Shown: positions 59,027 to 64,000 of the stretch, piece by piece | How the letters are laid out: each line of letters begins with the position of its first letter | Position numbering within the stretch: position 1 is the stretch's first letter | DNA from: an uncultured Acidobacteriota bacterium | GTDB lineage: Bacteria > Acidobacteriota > Thermoanaerobaculia > UBA5066 | Reading direction: 5' to 3' | Length of the DNA: 64,000 nt | NCBI GenBank assembly: GCA_963779415.1 | Contig: CAVZYA010000002.1 | Coordinates: 1,088,001-1,152,000, forward strand | Translations under genes and position numbers: made by a program | The notes under the pieces: generated by a model | What the model was told of the DNA's origin: nothing | Database searches by the model: none | What the model saw: only the letters and a program-made list of their open reading frames with translations

Positions 59027-60883
59027 ATGCTCCCATCCCTCTTTTCCAGGTTCCGCCGCACTCTCGCGGTCTTCGTTCTTATCGTCCCTTTCCCGCTCCT
59101 CGCCCAGTCGGTGCCGCCGGTCGAGGCCGAGCTGGTCGTCACGGCCGGCACCGAGCCGGAGCCGCGTCGGACCCTCGGCGTCGCCGCCACGGTCATCGAC
59201 ACAGACGAGATCGAGCGGTCGAAGGGGACCTCTCTCGCGGACATTCTGCGGACGGTTCCGGGGCTCGACGTCGTCCAGTCGGGCGGCGCGGGGACCGTGA
59301 CCTCCCTCTTTCTCCGCGGGACGAACTCCACGCAGGCGCTCGTCCTCGTGGACGGCGTCAAGCTGAACAGCCCGTTCTTCGGCGGCGCGGACATCTCCTC
59401 TCTCTCCACCGCGAACCTCGAGAAGGTGGAGATCGTGCGCGGCCCGTTCTCCGCTCTCTGGGGCTCGGAAGCGATCGGGGGGGTCGTGCAGCTCTTCTCC
59501 CGGCACGACGCGGGGGAGAAGGGGTTCGAGGGGCGGGTCACGGGAGCGCTCGGCAACGGCGCGGCGATGCAGGGGACGGCCGACGTGGCGGTCCGGGCCG
59601 GCGCGGTCACGCTCACGGGCGGCTTCCGGCGGGCGACCGAGGACGGCGCCCTCCCGAACGAGTTCTTCGCCGTGACGAATCTCTCGGGGGGCGTGGAGGT
59701 CGCGCTCGGAGAGGGCTCGCACGCGGGCGTCGTCCTCCGCCGCGACTCGGGGGTGACGGGAATCCCGTTTTCCGACGGAGTGCCCACGCCGTACCGCAAG
59801 ACGACGGCCGAGACGACGACGCTCGCCCTCCCGGTCTCCATCGCCCTCGACGCGAAGAGCTCCCTCGAGGCGTCCTTTCTCGCTTCGCGGGACCGGCCCG
59901 GATTTTCCGATCCGGCCGACCCGTACGGCTACACGGAGTCCCAGACCGACGCGAGGCGGGTCGGCGGGCGCCTCGTCCTCTCGCGCGATTTCGGCGCGAA
60001 CCGCCTCTCGGTCGGGAGCGATTACGAGCGGACGAGCGTCCGGAGCGCCGACAGCTACGGCGTCTCCTTGGACGGCGAGACGACGGGGAACTTCTCACTC
60101 TTCGCCGAGGACCGCCTCTCGCTCGATCGCGACCGTCTCGTCGTGACGGCGGGCCTCCGCCGGGACGAGCAGAGCGCGTTCGGAGCGGCGTGGTCGCCGC
60201 GCGGGACGGTCGTCTATCTCGTGACGCCGGCTCTCAAGCTCCGGGCCGCCGGCGGCGCGGCCTTCCGGTCGCCGACGACGGGGGAGCTCTACTACCCGTT
60301 CTCGGGAAACCCCGATCTCAGGCCGGAGCGCTCCGCGAGCTTCGAGGCCGGCGTCGAGATTGCCATCGCGAGCGGGCTCTGGTTCGAGACGACCGTTTTC
60401 CGGAACGACGTCCGCGACCTGATCCAGTACGACCCGCAGAGATTCACGAACGAGAACGTCGGGCGCGCCCGGACGCAGGGCGTCGAGACGGTCCTCCGCG
60501 GCGAACTCGGCGGCGGATTCACCGCCCGCGCGTCCTACACGTATCTCGTCGCGACGGACCTCGAGACCGGGAACCCTCTTCTGCGGCGACCTAAGAACTC
60601 CGTCTCGGCCACGGTGGGACGTTCGTTCGGGTCCGGTGCCTCCGCCGAGCTCTCGGGGACCTGGGTCGGAAGCCGTCTCGACGGGGACGCGATCGACTTC
60701 ACGAAAGTCGTCGAGATGCCGGCCTATCTCCGGGTCGACGCGGCGGCGACCCTCCCGCGCCTTCTCGGATACGTCTCCCCGTACGTGAGGGTCACGAACC
60801 TCCTCGGGGCCTCGTACGCGGAAGTGAGCGGCTTTCCGGCCCCCGGGCGGCGGTTCCTCGCCGGGATCGAGGCGAGCTTCTAG
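59027..60883 (+). CDS. btuB: TonB-dependent receptor, BtuB-like
   Basis: LVVTA TonB box, LRGTNS..VLVDGV, EIVRGPFSALWGSEAIGGVV, GNPDLRPE and LLRRP; terminal Phe; riboswitch upstream. Confidence 0.85.
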   Translation: MLPSLFSRFRRTLAVFVLIVPFPLLAQSVPPVEAELVVTAGTEPEPRRTLGVAATVIDTDEIERSKGTSLADILRTVPGLDVVQSGGAGTVTSLFLRGTNSTQALVLVDGVKLNSPFFGGADISSLSTANLEKVEIVRGPFSALWGSEAIGGVVQLFSRHDAGEKGFEGRVTGALGNGAAMQGTADVAVRAGAVTLTGGFRRATEDGALPNEFFAVTNLSGGVEVALGEGSHAGVVLRRDSGVTGIPFSDGVPTPYRKTTAETTTLALPVSIALDAKSSLEASFLASRDRPGFSDPADPYGYTESQTDARRVGGRLVLSRDFGANRLSVGSDYERTSVRSADSYGVSLDGETTGNFSLFAEDRLSLDRDRLVVTAGLRRDEQSAFGAAWSPRGTVVYLVTPALKLRAAGGAAFRSPTTGELYYPFSGNPDLRPERSASFEAGVEIAIASGLWFETTVFRNDVRDLIQYDPQRFTNENVGRARTQGVETVLRGELGGGFTARASYTYLVATDLETGNPLLRRPKNSVSATVGRSFGSGASAELSGTWVGSRLDGDAIDFTKVVEMPAYLRVDAAATLPRLLGYVSPYVRVTNLLGASYAEVSGFPAPGRRFLAGIEASF

Positions 60884-60908
60884 ATCTCCATGCGCGAGCG
60901 GCTCCGGT

Positions 60909-60937
60909 TTGACGTCCCGCGCAGCGGGTGCTACCTT
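60909..60937 (+). promoter_or_regulatory. Sigma70-type promoter of the tRNA
   Basis: TTGACG-17 nt-TACCTT. Confidence 0.55.
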
Positions 60938-60953
60938 TCGCCTCCATCCGAGT

Positions 60954-61030
60954 GGGGCTGTAGCTCAGTTTGGGAGAGCGCCTGAATGGCATTCAGGAGG
61001 TCGACGGTTCGATCCCGTTCAGCTCCACCA
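60954..61030 (+). tRNA. tRNA-Ala(GGC)
   Basis: GGGGCTG acceptor stem with G3:U70, anticodon arm CCTGA-ATGGCAT-TCAGG, GGTTCGATCC T-loop, encoded CCA. Confidence 0.97.
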
Positions 61031-61049
61031 TTGATTCTAAAAGACTTAT

Positions 61050-61071
61050 AGCCGCCCCGCGAGGGGCGGCT
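61050..61071. terminator. Hairpin between the tRNA and the convergent gene
   Basis: AGCCGCCCC-GCGA-GGGGCGGCT perfect stem. Confidence 0.6.
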
Positions 61072-62307
61072 CACCTGCCCAGCGTGAACGACCCCGAGAG
61101 GCTCGGTCCACAGCAACCCGCACCACTGATCAGGCCCGAATACGTCCCGGCAATTCCTTGCGATGAGAACACCGTCGCATCCCCTGTAGCGGATCCGGCG
61201 CAGGGGCTAGTTACGACCGAGAACTGCGTGGAGTTCCCGTAGATCGTTCCCGACATGGTTCCGAGGGGCGTGGCGGCCGTGAAGGAACATCCACTCTGAG
61301 TGACGACAACGGGACCGCTACCGGTCGCGCCACAGCGGTTACACCACGCGAATGTCCAGGTACCCGAGATATCGGCGCAGGGCGTGTCGTTGCGCCACGA
61401 GCCCAGAAAGAGGTCGGCGTCGTTAGTGACGTTGTCGTTCACGACGGCGTAGCCGGTTGCGTATCCACTGGTGACCGTGAACAAGACGTCGCCACCCGGC
61501 TCAGGTATGTTGTAGCCGGTCAGGCTTTGCTGAGCGGACGAATACGGCAGCAACGGAAGACTAACCTCCCCTAGGTTGGTTCCATCGGTGCCATACACGG
61601 TCACGATGCAGGTCGTTGGCGCGGAGTCGTGGTTGTAACAGCCGACGTTCGACCGCTTTGAGGTCGAAACGACAACGCCCGGCGTGTCCGTATATGTCGA
61701 GTCCGAGATGAGCCAGCCTGTCGTCGCCGGAAGTGTTGTCGAATACGAACCGCCAGTTGCCCCGGCGGTGTAAGTCCGACCCCAAGCGGAGAGCAAAGAG
61801 AAGTCCCCGATGGCCGTGCTGGCGCTCTCGTCTACATGAATCAGGATGGTCGCCGCACCGGTGACGCCGGCCGAACCGACGATGTCTCTGAACGAAGTGA
61901 AGACGTTGTCCGGAATCGAATACCGTTGCCCGTTGAGCTGCGAGTTGTCCTGGTTCGCCGGCAGCACCCAGAGATCAAAGAACGATGTCACCGGACCCGC
62001 CGCCACTCCCCGACAGGAAGATATCCGTCCGAAAGTACGAGCCGAGGCGGCCGGCGGCGTTGGCGGCTCCAAAGATGTAAATCCAGTGCGACGGACCTTC
62101 GACGCGGGTGTTGTACGCCTGACGGCCCGAAGGTACCTCCGCGTGCTGGCTGGTCCTCAAGTAGTCGGCCAGCACGCCGGGAGTCACCCCGAGATGCCGG
62201 GGTTTCACGTCTTCAGCTCGAAGGATGCCTGGAAGGACCACGCACACCAGCAAGCCAGCGAGAAGCCAGCGACCCGAAACGTCGAGCACGGTGCTAACGC
62301 GACGCAT
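61071..62307 (-). CDS. Secreted beta-rich protein with a Cys-containing C-terminal domain (frameshift about 62000)
   Basis: Signal peptide and ANAAGRLGSYFRTDIF in ORF 61975..62307, continuing into ORF 61071..62072 (RSNVG, YAVVNDNVTND); GGAGG RBS; lower GC. Confidence 0.65.
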
Positions 62308-62407
62308 ATTCCCTCCTTTTTCGGACGGGTCTTTCCGCGGAAATACGTGCCTGACCCCGATTCTACGGGATGCTCCCGGCGCGGAGGCTCATGGGGTCCG
62401 TCTCTTC

Positions 62408-62716
62408 TCAGCGGCCGGCCCGCGGGCGGTATCGCGACGGGGCCGTCCGCTCGGCCTCGCGGCGCTCGACGAGCCGGTGGCTCGCCGTCGCGTCCAGTTC
62501 GAGGTCGTAAACCTTCCGCAGCTCGAGGATCTTCGCGCGAGACGCCGGTCCGAAGGGCGCCTTGCCTTCGAAGGCGTGCAGGACGATTCCCTCCAGGAGA
62601 TCGCCGAGGGTGAGGTCGTGGTACTCCGCGAGCCCCTTCAGGACCTTCAGGATCCGTCTCTCCATCCGGACGCCGGTCTGGACGCGTTCCACGGGGATTC
62701 GAGTGTCGTTCTTCAT
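62408..62716 (-). CDS. Small conserved protein, possible ribbon-helix-helix DNA binder
   Basis: RVQTGVRMERRILKVLKGLAEYHDLTLGDLLEGIV (strand-helix-helix pattern). Confidence 0.7.
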   Translation of the reverse strand: MKNDTRIPVERVQTGVRMERRILKVLKGLAEYHDLTLGDLLEGIVLHAFEGKAPFGPASRAKILELRKVYDLELDATASHRLVERREAERTAPSRYRPRAGR

Positions 62717-62721
62717 GGGAT

Positions 62722-62751
62722 CAATGTACATTGGTACCAAGATAATGTCAA
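62722..62751 (-). promoter_or_regulatory. Near-consensus sigma70 leaderless promoter with overlapping palindromes
   Basis: TTGACA-17 nt-TACATT-6 nt-ATG; palindromes CAATGTACATTG and TTGGTACCAA. Confidence 0.75.
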
Positions 62752-63025
62752 GGATTCCAGGTGGCCGGGAGGATCGGCGCTGCGTCGGGTCGACCGCTCG
62801 ATCCAGTTCAGGCCTGGAAAGTCATTAGAACCGATACCTGACCCCGATTCTTCGAACGTGATTCCAGCCTTACGCCTCCTTTCCCTCGAATCCTTTCCTC
62901 TTTGCAGAACTCTCCCTTCTTGACTCCACGGAGAGCCTCAAGACCCCCGTGGTTCCGTTTTCGGAATGCGGGTCAAGAGCATCAACTCGTTGCGATGCAT
63001 TTAACTCATTGTGCCAGAGACGGTA

Positions 63026-63041
63026 CGGCACGAGAGTTGCA
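63026..63041 (+). promoter_or_regulatory. Sigma54 promoter with an upstream IHF-like site
   Basis: CGGCACGAGAGTTGCA; ATCAACTCGTTG at 62981-62992. Confidence 0.6.
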
Positions 63042-63828
63042 CGAACACAGTATCTATTCGGTCAAGAAACGTGCCCGGTTCGTGGACGTCCATCGCGCTC
63101 GCCATCGCGCAGGAGTACCAGGAATGAGACAGTTACGCGGCCTGCCAGTCACGATGGCTAGGGTTATGGCCGCGTCTTTAGCGTTCGTCGAAGACGGGCT
63201 CCCTTTACAAAATTGTGGCGCTTCGCCGTACCGATGCCCTTGGAAAGCCGACGAATTTCGTCGACTGTCGGTGCCGGCAGCCTTGGCCAGCTTCGGCAAT
63301 CAGCCCTCCCACTGCGGACCTCTCGGCGCTCTACCGTCTCCGTCCCTTCCCTCGTCGCCGTCCAGCCGAGCCAGTTCGCCAACACACGAATGTGGAGCGG
63401 CCCCGGCGGCCAGCGGGGCCTACCGCCTCCGAACACGACGACGCGACCTTTCACCACCGACAAGCAGTGACGCGTTCCAATGACGGCTCACGCGATCTTC
63501 GTTCCGTTCAAACCGGTGATCATGACCTCGAACGGCCCCTCCCGGGAGCGGTTGCACGAAGTCCAGATGCCACTTGCGTTGCTTCCGAACTTGACGGCTA
63601 CGGAGCCGGGAGGCGAATGCGAGCGTAATGCCGATCAGCACTGTGGCCACCTGGCCGTGCATTTGAACGGACCAGCGGGGAAACCACTGCCCCGAGGATT
63701 GAAGAAACGTACCGGTGCGGCACGGTCCCCTTCGCCTGGCCCCGTGCACAGGGAAAACAGGAAGTAGATGAAGCGGTTCCCCGAAATGTCTTCGATTCTG
63801 TCATCAACGGTATAGACAAAAAGGAAGC

Positions 63829-64000
63829 ATGACAATGAGAAAGCTATATTCGGGCCTTATCGGTTTACTCATCTGTCTTTTCCCTCTGTATGCCGTGGCT
63901 GATAAAGTTCAGTCCAGAGCGCAGTTAGAAAGAACAATGGCTGCTCGTCACTCCTCAACAAATATTCAGGCACCATATGTTACCGCACAGGTAACAAGTG
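63829..64000 (+). CDS. Secreted protein N-terminus, AT-rich, runs off the window
   Basis: AAGGAAG RBS; MTMRKLYSGLIGLLICLFPLYAVADK signal peptide; open to the end. Confidence 0.6.
   Translation, partial: MTMRKLYSGLIGLLICLFPLYAVADKVQSRAQLERTMAARHSSTNIQAPYVTAQVTS

Noticed and set aside
55390-59841. 1483-aa minus-strand ORF and similar long Arg/Pro-rich ORFs
   Set aside because: Shadow ORFs of high-GC DNA overlapping well-supported genes and the riboswitch
60931-61242. Short ORFs on both strands around 61 kb
   Set aside because: They overlap the tRNA-Ala gene and are spurious translations

Overview
A high-GC bacterial chromosomal segment from a diderm host (TonB-dependent receptor, AsmA-like protein, many outer-membrane beta-barrels). 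The gene content suggests Acidobacteriota, possibly Thermoanaerobaculia, but this is inference only. Housekeeping loci include acnA, ppk2, a fused 2-oxoacid dehydrogenase E1, an S1-like protein, a beta-carbonic anhydrase, a cobalamin riboswitch with btuB, and tRNA-Ala(GGC). These are interleaved with envelope genes, three toxin-antitoxin-like pairs, a PIN remnant and a HEPN-motif gene. Most interesting candidates: (i) a sortase with an adjacent LPKTA-tagged substrate in a diderm (49075-50590); (ii) a coupled DUF4178 / unannotated 55-aa peptide / DUF350 / membrane SpeE / Tat-lipoprotein flavoenzyme operon without speD (13181-18778); (iii) a cytochrome b - Rieske - octaheme-HEAT-TPR operon (28380-34042); (iv) a GH63/GH13/esterase/glucose dehydrogenase/lactonase/aquaporin operon (4681-13102). 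Many genes carry frameshifts or single in-frame stops, most likely long-read assembly errors. No CRISPR array, transposase or integrase was seen. All family calls are from motif recognition, not database searches.
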